DNA of 64,000 nucleotides from Planctomycetia bacterium (GTDB lineage Bacteria > Planctomycetota > UBA8108 > UBA1146). Numbering within the stretch: position 1 is the stretch's first letter; each line of letters begins with the position of its first letter. The stretch is from assembly GCA_012269595.1 (NCBI GenBank), contig JAAXJX010000027.1:57814-121813 (forward strand), read 5' to 3'. The notes beneath the pieces are model-generated. The model had not been told where the DNA came from and searched no databases. It was given only the letters and a program-made list of their open reading frames with translations. The translations under genes were made by a program, and so were the position numbers. Of this stretch, positions 9,498 to 17,283 are shown piece by piece.

Positions 9498-10220
9498 TCA
9501 GACTCCATCTCCCGGCCCAGCGGAGCGGATGGTGTCCGCGAACTTCCTCAATCGGGCTATCGCACGACTGTGTCTCCGGCGTGTTGCCTCGATGTTGATG
9601 GACAACCGACGTGCCGCTTCCTCGTAGGAGATCCCCTCCTGGTCGATCCACGCCAGCAACTCCCGGTCATCATCGCCAAGCATGTCCAGGCAACGCTCAA
9701 GGAGGTCGAGGGCTTCCTCCCGCTGGACTCCCGCCGATGGAGACGAAATGGAAGCGGCAAGATGTCCCAATGGATCAAGTGAACGACTCTTCCCCGAATC
9801 CTTAGCCCGTCTCTTTTCCTTGCGCGGATCCCGTTTCTGGGCCAACTCTTTTTCGATGAGACGATTGAGGTTGTTCATGGTGACTTGCTTGAGCCATGCC
9901 CTGAAAGCGGGAAGACCACGATCCTCAAACTTGTCGCGCAGCTTATAGACGTCCAGAGCGGCCTGCTGGAGGACGTCACTGGGGTCGATTCGACGGCGAA
10001 GATCGGGCCCCAGGCGATTTTCCACAGGCCTTCTCAAACGGGGCAACTCCTGATGGATCAATCTCCCGTATGCCTCTTCATCTCCAGCAACGAAATCCGG
10101 AAGCCACTCTTCTGCACTTTTGTCGTGGTCATTGGGGAAATCATCGGAAGGATTCTCCTCCGCAGAGTGAGACTCTTCCTGGGGCTGTTCTGCATTTTCC
10201 CCTTTATCAGGATCTGTCAT
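9498..10220 (-). CDS. ECF-family RNA polymerase sigma factor (sigma-70 regions 2 and 4)
   Basis: Region-2-like segment ...AEEWLPDFVAGDEEAYGRLIHQELPRLRRPVENRL... and region-4 helix-turn-helix ...ISYEEAARRLSINIEATRRRHSRAIARLRK. The start is trimmed to the internal Met (MTDPDKGE, 10220), 70 bp from the divergent kinase gene. Confidence 0.85.
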   Translation of the reverse strand: MTDPDKGENAEQPQEESHSAEENPSDDFPNDHDKSAEEWLPDFVAGDEEAYGRLIHQELPRLRRPVENRLGPDLRRRIDPSDVLQQAALDVYKLRDKFEDRGLPAFRAWLKQVTMNNLNRLIEKELAQKRDPRKEKRRAKDSGKSRSLDPLGHLAASISSPSAGVQREEALDLLERCLDMLGDDDRELLAWIDQEGISYEEAARRLSINIEATRRRHSRAIARLRKFADTIRSAGPGDGV

Positions 10221-10290
10221 GGCGGCCTCCTGAAGGGCATGATAACGAAAAAGGGAGTGGGGATCAGCCCCAGAATGGGAAGCAAACCGG

Positions 10291-12789
10291 GTGAGCAACG
10301 AATACGACGACGAGAATCTGGAAGATGAACTGTCTGAGGCAGAGTTGGTGTTTGCCAGGCTTCTCGCCGGGAACACCTCCATCGACGAGGCCGTGGAGCG
10401 TGCTTGCAAGGCACAACCCGAACTCGAGGCCGAATTGATGGAACAGTTGGCCCGTTACATGGAACGTCGAAAGAAACGCCTCGGGAAAACAGGAAAGGGA
10501 AAGGAGACCGGCCAAAACCCTGAAGGTCTGGCTGAAATGCTTCTCGATCGCTATAGCGATCACCTCTCCATCACCCCCTCCTACGGCGGAGACTCCTCCA
10601 CCCCACTGATTCCAGAGCAGGGACGTTACCGGATCCAGGAAGAGATTGCCCGTGGCGGCATGGGTGTGATCTTGCAGGCACTGGACCCGGTCCTTCAACG
10701 ACAAGTGGCGATGAAGGTCATCCTTGGCAACAATGATGGCGTGGCCCCCTCCCAGAGGACCCAGAGATTTATTCGCGAAGCCAAAATCACCGCTCAATTG
10801 ACCCACCCCGGAATTGTCGCTGTCCACGACTTGTCATGTGCAGAAGACGGTCGTTTCTTTTTCACGATGGATCGAATCGAGGGGCAAGAGCTCCGGGATG
10901 TCATGATTGCATATCGGGATGGAGATCCTGACTGGGATCTGAACCGCCTGCTGGAAACCTACCTTAAAATTTGCGACACGATGGAATTCGCCCACGACCG
11001 TGGAGTGGTTCACAGGGATCTCAAACCATCCAACATCATGGTCGGAAAGTTCGGAGAAACCTATGTCATGGACTGGGGGCTGGCTCGAAAAGTTGACGAT
11101 CAGGAAGACGACCCCATTCATGGCAAGATCGAAGACCGCGGGGACACCAGCCCTGATGGGTCTACCATCGTCACTCGCGATGGTGCCGTGGTAGGCACCC
11201 CTTCCTACATGTCTCCCGAGCAAGCCCTTCCGGATACGGGGAAGATTGGACCCTGGACTGATGTCTACGCCCTCGGATCTCTTCTCTATGAAATCCTTAC
11301 CGGCTATGCCCCCTACCGGTCCGCCAACTCTGGCCCAATGCCAGCACACAGGGTCTTGAGAAAACTCAAGGAAGGTCCCCCTGCAGACATTCTCGAATTG
11401 GCTCCCGACACTCCGGAAGATCTGGCAGAGATTTGCCGTCAGGCGATGAGTCGGGACTGGGAACAGCGGCCTCCCAGTGCAGGCAAGGTCTCTGCCCTGA
11501 TCAGGGAGATTCAAAACTCACGTGCCAGGGATGCAAAAGCGACACGAGAGGCTCTTGAGATCGCCAAGCGCTCCAGAGCCGTCACCCAATTCCTGACTGA
11601 CCTCTTCATCGAACCGGGTCAGGAAAGAACCTCTCTTCATCGCATCGACGCCCATGACCTTCTCGATCGGGGTGCCAATCAACTCGTCGACGGAGGCCCG
11701 GAACAGCCAGAGATACGGGTAACACTCCTGGCCACGATGGCTTCGGTCCTGCTACAAACCGGAAGCCCCGAAAGAGCAGCACTTCTCCTGGAGAATGAAA
11801 AAGAGATCCGTCAGAAACACCCGCATTGGCCCGGCGAGGACTATGTCCGAACCCTCCGCCAATTGTCCTTTGCGCAGATACAGGTTCGCCGACTGAGTCA
11901 GGCCGAGGAAACATTGCAAGAAGCCCTGGACCAGCCTGTTCTGCAAAGTGACATCGACTTGTTCACCTCAGTCCAATTGGAATTGGCACTGCTTCTCAAT
12001 CTCCGTGGCGACTGGTTTCGGGCGGAAGAATTCCACAGCGACCTTCTGCTCAATCTGAAGAAGTCATCAGGCACCCGTGCATTGACGGGACTGTTGGGTC
12101 TGGCCCGGAGCTTCTCTTATCAGGGAGACTGGAAAGAGGCGGAAAAAACCCTCGCGAAAGCAGAAGAGACCAGCCGGGATCTTCGTTCCGTAGAAAGAGC
12201 GGAGTGCCTCTTCCAAATGGCAGGCCTTCATCTCGAATGTGAACGTGAAGAAGTAGAGGATGAGCAACTGGAGCTGGCCAAAACTCACCTCGAGGAGGCC
12301 ATCCGGATTCAGATTGAAGTGAGTGGAGAAAAGTCGAGCATCACGGCCCGCTATCAAAGGGCTCTCGCTTGCTGCTTGCAAAGGCTGGGTCAGGTCAAGG
12401 AAGCGGAGCAGATAGCACGGGAGGCGCTCGTCTCTGTCCGGCAAACCCACGTGATTCAGCACCCTCTTTGTGCAAGGTCATTTGCCCGCCTCGCATCGAT
12501 TCTCCTGAGGTCGGGACAAAGTGATGTTGCTGAAAAACTGTTGGCGGAAGCGGGAACCAGTCTCGATCTCATGGAGGTTCGACCGGAACATGAGTTTGAT
12601 GCCCTGGAAGCCAAAGCGAGACTTCTCAGCCTGTCTTCCCAATGGGAAGAGGCGCGCAAGATTCTCCTCGAGTTGGACGAGATCGGTGATGAATTGCCAA
12701 CTATGCAACAATATCGTCGGAGCAACATTGAAAGTATCTGCAGGGATGCGGGAATCGATCCCCAACTTTCAGATCAAACAAATGAATGA
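10291..12789 (+). CDS. serine/threonine protein kinase with a long C-terminal TPR-like repeat region
   Basis: GTG start. Hanks kinase motifs: the Gly-rich loop region, VAMK, HRDLKPSNIMV, DWGLAR and SPEQ. The C-terminal ~400 aa are alpha-helical repeats. Confidence 0.9.
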   Translation: MSNEYDDENLEDELSEAELVFARLLAGNTSIDEAVERACKAQPELEAELMEQLARYMERRKKRLGKTGKGKETGQNPEGLAEMLLDRYSDHLSITPSYGGDSSTPLIPEQGRYRIQEEIARGGMGVILQALDPVLQRQVAMKVILGNNDGVAPSQRTQRFIREAKITAQLTHPGIVAVHDLSCAEDGRFFFTMDRIEGQELRDVMIAYRDGDPDWDLNRLLETYLKICDTMEFAHDRGVVHRDLKPSNIMVGKFGETYVMDWGLARKVDDQEDDPIHGKIEDRGDTSPDGSTIVTRDGAVVGTPSYMSPEQALPDTGKIGPWTDVYALGSLLYEILTGYAPYRSANSGPMPAHRVLRKLKEGPPADILELAPDTPEDLAEICRQAMSRDWEQRPPSAGKVSALIREIQNSRARDAKATREALEIAKRSRAVTQFLTDLFIEPGQERTSLHRIDAHDLLDRGANQLVDGGPEQPEIRVTLLATMASVLLQTGSPERAALLLENEKEIRQKHPHWPGEDYVRTLRQLSFAQIQVRRLSQAEETLQEALDQPVLQSDIDLFTSVQLELALLLNLRGDWFRAEEFHSDLLLNLKKSSGTRALTGLLGLARSFSYQGDWKEAEKTLAKAEETSRDLRSVERAECLFQMAGLHLECEREEVEDEQLELAKTHLEEAIRIQIEVSGEKSSITARYQRALACCLQRLGQVKEAEQIAREALVSVRQTHVIQHPLCARSFARLASILLRSGQSDVAEKLLAEAGTSLDLMEVRPEHEFDALEAKARLLSLSSQWEEARKILLELDEIGDELPTMQQYRRSNIESICRDAGIDPQLSDQTNE

Positions 12790-12798
12790 GGTTCGGGA

Positions 12799-13881
12799 TT
12801 ATTCTTCATCGTAGCGGGTAAAACTCTCTACGGTCGCAGAGTCCAACTCCTCGACCATCGATTTCACCAACTCAATGGCATTCAGGTAATCCTCGAAATC
12901 GATCATGCTCGAATGGGTATGAATCGACCTTGCCGGGACTCCGATGACAACAGTGGGAACTCCAATGCCATGAAGATGAGTGGTACTGGCGTCGGTTCCG
13001 CCGCTTTTGCGTACTGCAACCTGCACTGGAATACCTTTTTTCTCGGCCAGAGACTCTGTCCAGCGAACCAATTTCCGATTGGAGAGTGCGGTCGGATCCA
13101 TGAATCGGATCTGGGGACCCTGCCCAAGCACCGCTTGCCTGCGTGGCATCCCCGGCAGGTCATCCGCAGGCGTTCCCTCGAGGATGATTCCCAGATCTGG
13201 CTGACTCAGATGACTCGCAGTTTTTGCCCCCCGACAACCCACCTCTTCCTGCACGGCGGCGACTGCAATCGGCTGACATGACAAGGAGGATCCTCCTGTC
13301 AACGCAGCCCTGAAAGCCTCAATCATCACACCGACTCCGACGCGGTCGTCGAAAGCCTTGCAACAATACCGTCCGGGAGAGGCCATCTCCTCAAAGTGGC
13401 CCCTGGGTGCGATGGGGTCTCCCACCTTGATCCCCCATGAGAGAACCTCTTCGAGATCCCTGGCTCCCACATCGATGTACATCTGATCGAGTGAAAGCAC
13501 CTTGTCGCGCTCAGCTGCAGAAAGAAAGTGGGGAGGCTTGCAACCGATGGAGCCGGGAATCTTTCTGCCACTGCTGGCCAGAATATCCACTCTTTGGGCC
13601 AGCAGGACATGCCCCCACCAGCCGCCAAGAGGCACAAACCAAATCCGTCCCTCTTCATCGATGGACTGGACGCAGAATCCCACTTCATCCATGTGAGCAT
13701 CGAGAACAACCCGGGGACCTTTTCCCTCAGCCTCGACGATCACACTGCCAAGCCCATCGTGCTGGACACTCCCATGCCCACCGATTTCCCGATGAACGAT
13801 TTTGCGGACTTCCCCCTCAGCACCGGGTGGGCCACACGCAAGAGCAAGATCTTTGAGCAAGGAAAGGGACGACTCGGACAT
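12799..13881 (-). CDS. M42 family metallopeptidase (FrvX/CelM-type aminopeptidase)
   Basis: M42 fold motifs (…LDAHMDEVGF…, …AFDDRVGV…, …QEEVG.RGA…) and overall length. Start trimmed to MSESSL. Confidence 0.8.
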   Translation of the reverse strand: MSESSLSLLKDLALACGPPGAEGEVRKIVHREIGGHGSVQHDGLGSVIVEAEGKGPRVVLDAHMDEVGFCVQSIDEEGRIWFVPLGGWWGHVLLAQRVDILASSGRKIPGSIGCKPPHFLSAAERDKVLSLDQMYIDVGARDLEEVLSWGIKVGDPIAPRGHFEEMASPGRYCCKAFDDRVGVGVMIEAFRAALTGGSSLSCQPIAVAAVQEEVGCRGAKTASHLSQPDLGIILEGTPADDLPGMPRRQAVLGQGPQIRFMDPTALSNRKLVRWTESLAEKKGIPVQVAVRKSGGTDASTTHLHGIGVPTVVIGVPARSIHTHSSMIDFEDYLNAIELVKSMVEELDSATVESFTRYDEE

Positions 13882-13951
13882 GGTGAGACCTCTCAATCAG
13901 ACCAGAAAGGATAAGCGAATCCACAATCGAGGGACAGATTTCAAATTGGAA

Positions 13952-14692
13952 TCAGGGCAACTCGATGGGGACTTCGTCACCCATGTGAATGCGACTGCCA
14001 CGGAAACCCAGACGGTGGGAAAGAATCTCCACCCCCTCACCCACGGCTTCCAAAATCGCTTCTGAGTAGGCGGGATCGATGTCACTGGCAAATCCCACTT
14101 TTGAACAATCACTTCTTCCCAGTAACAGAAAGAGTACCGCACGGTGTCCCAGCTGCTTCAGGCGGATCAACTCTTTCAGGTGCTTGCGACCTCTCTCCGT
14201 AACCGCATCCGGGAAGTCGGCTCTTTCAGAATCCACAGGCGAAAGCATGGTGACATTCTTCACTTCGACATAAACATCACCATTCGTCTCATCAGGACGA
14301 TCTTCCCCTGCGATGACGATATCCAGGCGACTCTTTTCACCGACCTTGATCTCCCGATGGACCTTTTGCCCCCGCTTGAGCAGCAACTTGGGTATCTTTC
14401 CCGCTTCGATGGCATCGGCGACCAACTGATTGGGCAGCCCCGTGTCGACGAGAGCTTTTCCGCGGCGCCTCACACCCAGAAGAGTCAGGGTCCATTTCAA
14501 CTTGCGTTTGGGGTCAGGGACATGGCGCAACCACGCCTTCGGTTCACCATCCACGAGGGTTTTCATCGAACCTGAGTTTGGACAGTGTGCGGTCACCTCG
14601 CCCACCTCAGGAACCTCACAGTCCGCAAGAAATCTCTTGTAGCGTTTGATCAATCGCCCCTCGACGAGGTCGCTTCCGGGATGGGAGCTCAA
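13952..14692 (-). CDS. sfsA: sugar fermentation stimulation protein A (SfsA family)
   Basis: GRLIKRYKRFLADC...HCPNSGSM... matches the SfsA N-terminal signature. The ORF-finder start (GTG at 14740) overlaps the upstream peptidase gene by 52 nt. A TTG at 14692 with a GAAGG RBS gives an E. coli-like length, so the start is uncertain. Confidence 0.75.
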   Translation of the reverse strand: MSSHPGSDLVEGRLIKRYKRFLADCEVPEVGEVTAHCPNSGSMKTLVDGEPKAWLRHVPDPKRKLKWTLTLLGVRRRGKALVDTGLPNQLVADAIEAGKIPKLLLKRGQKVHREIKVGEKSRLDIVIAGEDRPDETNGDVYVEVKNVTMLSPVDSERADFPDAVTERGRKHLKELIRLKQLGHRAVLFLLLGRSDCSKVGFASDIDPAYSEAILEAVGEGVEILSHRLGFRGSRIHMGDEVPIELP

Positions 14693-16926
14693 GGGATGGC
14701 CTTCACTGGTGCCAACAGATGCTCCTGTATCGATTTCCACTCGAGATCTCGCATATGCCTTGCAGGTCTGCCCCGAACCCCGTGACCCGATTCGGGGTAG
14801 ATCATCATTTCGAAAGACTTGCGATTCTCCTGAAGCCGGTGTGCCAACTGCATGGCATTTTGAACATGAACATTGTCATCAACACCACCATGAAGAATCA
14901 GCAAGTGTCCCTGCAGATCCGCAGCGGACTCGATCACACTCGAAGCGGAATAACCCTCCGGGTTCAGCTGCGGAGTATCCATGTACCGTTCGGTATAAAT
15001 GGTGTCGTAGTCACGCCAGTCGTAAACTCCACCCCCCGCGATTCCGAGGACGAATTTATCTGAATGGGTCAAGGCGTAGGCTGCTATGAATCCGCCATAG
15101 GACCAGCCGGAGATTCCAACCCTGTCCGCATCTGCCCAGGGATTTGCGCAAAGCCAATCGATGGCATCTTCCAGATCCATCAACTCCTGCACCCCCAACT
15201 GGCGGTAACAGGTTGCAGTATCGACCTGGCCTCGGCTGCTGGAGCTGCGAACGTTGACCTGCAAGACAACCATTCCCTGGTGAACCAGAAACCTCAGCCA
15301 ACCAGAACCCGGATATCCCTGACGAACAGTCGGAGCATTGGGACCGGAGTAGGTGCTGATAAAGACGGGAAGCGGAATCTCCGGGTCATGATTGACAGGC
15401 TTCATCACCATGACGTCCATGCTGTAGCCGTCTCTTGCAGGTACTTCGTGGAGGGTCGCATCCACATCCTCAAAAGTGTTGAGTGCAGGAATATTGCCTT
15501 CAGAAAGAACCCGGATCATCTGCCCGTCTCTGGAGATCAGGCGATACTCACCCGGGGTCTCCACACTGGAGAATCGATCGAGAACGAACTCTCCGTCTGG
15601 AGAGATGGAAGTACGGTGGCTTCCGGGTTCATGGGTCAGCTGCACCAGAAGGTCTCCATCAAAATCGATCCGGTAAAGATGCGATTCGATGGCTCTTCCG
15701 AGACTTCCCGTGACCCACAATTCCCGACGCTCTTCGTCGATTCGGGCAATCGATTCCACTTCCCATTCCCCACGGGTGATTTGGCGAATCAACTCACCAT
15801 TGGGTTGGTAGTGATACAGGTGCGCAAAGCCGGTGCGCTCACTCTTCCACAGAAAGGTTCCGTCCGAGAGCCACTTCGGAGCCCCGAGAACATTGACCCA
15901 ACTGTCGGACTTTTCCTCAATGAGCAGACCGACATTGCCGCTCACAGGGTCGCATGAAAGAAGGGACAGGGATGACTGGATCCTGTCCTGAACCTGAGCC
16001 AGCAATCGGGTGGAATCGGGAGTCCAATCGACACTGACGATCAGGCGTTCCTCATCAAAAGAGGTGATCTGCATCGGTCGGGTTGACCCGGTTTCAGTAT
16101 CATGAACCCAGAGCTCCACACGGGGATTGGTTTGCCCTGCTTTGGGATAGTGCTGGGTGATCACCTTTTGGGCAAAGGGGAGATGACGGACAATCTGGAA
16201 CTCTGGAACCCCTTCCTCCATCAGTTTGAGGAAAGCCAGATAGCGACCATCCGGACTCCACCACTGGGCATTGAAATTCCCGCGGCCGTAGACCTCTTCC
16301 TGGTAAACCCAATCGAGCTTGCCATTCAGGAGATCTTCCGATCCATCTTCGGTGATCTGCTGGAGACCTTGTTCAAACAAATCAACGACGAAGAGATTTG
16401 ACTGGCGAATTCCACTGATCGACTCGCCTCCGGGAGCGAGCCGAACCATCTCCATCGCCCCCGGGATCTCGGTGATCATGACCTCTCCGTCACCCTTGCG
16501 AGCCGCTACATAATTTTCATAGACGGTCACCCGAATTCCCTGATCACTGGCGAGAAGCAACTCCGGACGCCCTTTGGCGGGATCACGATCTGCGATTCCG
16601 GCCTTGAAAGCCGCATTGAAGCCCACTGCCGGATCAGGTCCCTGCCATCCGGCCGGTTCCGATTCCAGCTTGCGCAAGCCCACCTTCTCGAGGGTCAGGG
16701 GATCCAGGGGATCTCCGTTTCGCCCTTGTCGTATGGCGTGATCGGGCCCGACAAAACTCCAGCGCTCCAGGGAGGGGAAAAACCGTGCTCTCCCCCGGTC
16801 TACGTCGGAATAGGTCAAACGGCGGAGATCGTCCTTCTCCGGTGAATTGCCGGGATTCGCCCTCAGATCCGCTGAAGACCAGAAAATCAGGACGAAGGGG
16901 ATAAATGCCCAGAATTTGTTCGCCAT
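14689..16926 (-). CDS. S9 family peptidase, dipeptidyl-peptidase IV-like (beta-propeller plus prolyl-oligopeptidase alpha/beta hydrolase domain), secreted
   Basis: Signal-peptide-like MANKFWAFIPFVLIFWSSA. DPPIV N-domain motifs (WSPDGRYLAF). C-terminal GWSYGG nucleophile elbow and His/Asp of the S9 triad. Confidence 0.85.
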   Translation of the reverse strand: MANKFWAFIPFVLIFWSSADLRANPGNSPEKDDLRRLTYSDVDRGRARFFPSLERWSFVGPDHAIRQGRNGDPLDPLTLEKVGLRKLESEPAGWQGPDPAVGFNAAFKAGIADRDPAKGRPELLLASDQGIRVTVYENYVAARKGDGEVMITEIPGAMEMVRLAPGGESISGIRQSNLFVVDLFEQGLQQITEDGSEDLLNGKLDWVYQEEVYGRGNFNAQWWSPDGRYLAFLKLMEEGVPEFQIVRHLPFAQKVITQHYPKAGQTNPRVELWVHDTETGSTRPMQITSFDEERLIVSVDWTPDSTRLLAQVQDRIQSSLSLLSCDPVSGNVGLLIEEKSDSWVNVLGAPKWLSDGTFLWKSERTGFAHLYHYQPNGELIRQITRGEWEVESIARIDEERRELWVTGSLGRAIESHLYRIDFDGDLLVQLTHEPGSHRTSISPDGEFVLDRFSSVETPGEYRLISRDGQMIRVLSEGNIPALNTFEDVDATLHEVPARDGYSMDVMVMKPVNHDPEIPLPVFISTYSGPNAPTVRQGYPGSGWLRFLVHQGMVVLQVNVRSSSSRGQVDTATCYRQLGVQELMDLEDAIDWLCANPWADADRVGISGWSYGGFIAAYALTHSDKFVLGIAGGGVYDWRDYDTIYTERYMDTPQLNPEGYSASSVIESAADLQGHLLILHGGVDDNVHVQNAMQLAHRLQENRKSFEMMIYPESGHGVRGRPARHMRDLEWKSIQEHLLAPVKAIP

Positions 16927-17080
16927 TCCGGGGCTCCTCTCTGCGTGGGCCACCCGATTCGGTTGCCCTTTGAAACCGTTCTCGGAGAATCAAGGAAATG
17001 TAGTTTCCCCCGGCATGGAAGGCCAGCCCTGATTGGGCGGTTCGTTGCCGGATTCACCATTTTTGGGAAATGGAAGCGCG

Positions 17081-17260
17081 ATGCCGGATGATTCAAAGGG
17101 CGTCCACCCCGACCTGCTGAAGCAGTTGACCTGTCCTTGTGACGTTCGGTCCTCCCTGTCAGAGGACTCAGGGGGACTGCGTTGCGATCAATGCGACAAG
17201 GTCTTCCCACTGGTGGAAGGGATTCCCCACATCCTCCCCGATTCCGATTCGGAATCCTGA
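17081..17260 (+). CDS. Trm112/YcaR-like small zinc-ribbon protein (UPF0434 family)
   Basis: ...LLKQLTCPCDVRS...LRCDQCDKVFPLVEGIPHIL... This is the CPxC...CxxC...YPI.DGIP pattern typical of Trm112-like proteins. An internal Met start is used. Confidence 0.6.
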   Translation: MPDDSKGVHPDLLKQLTCPCDVRSSLSEDSGGLRCDQCDKVFPLVEGIPHILPDSDSES

Positions 17261-17283
17261 TTCAGCGAAGAGCAGGAGTTGCC

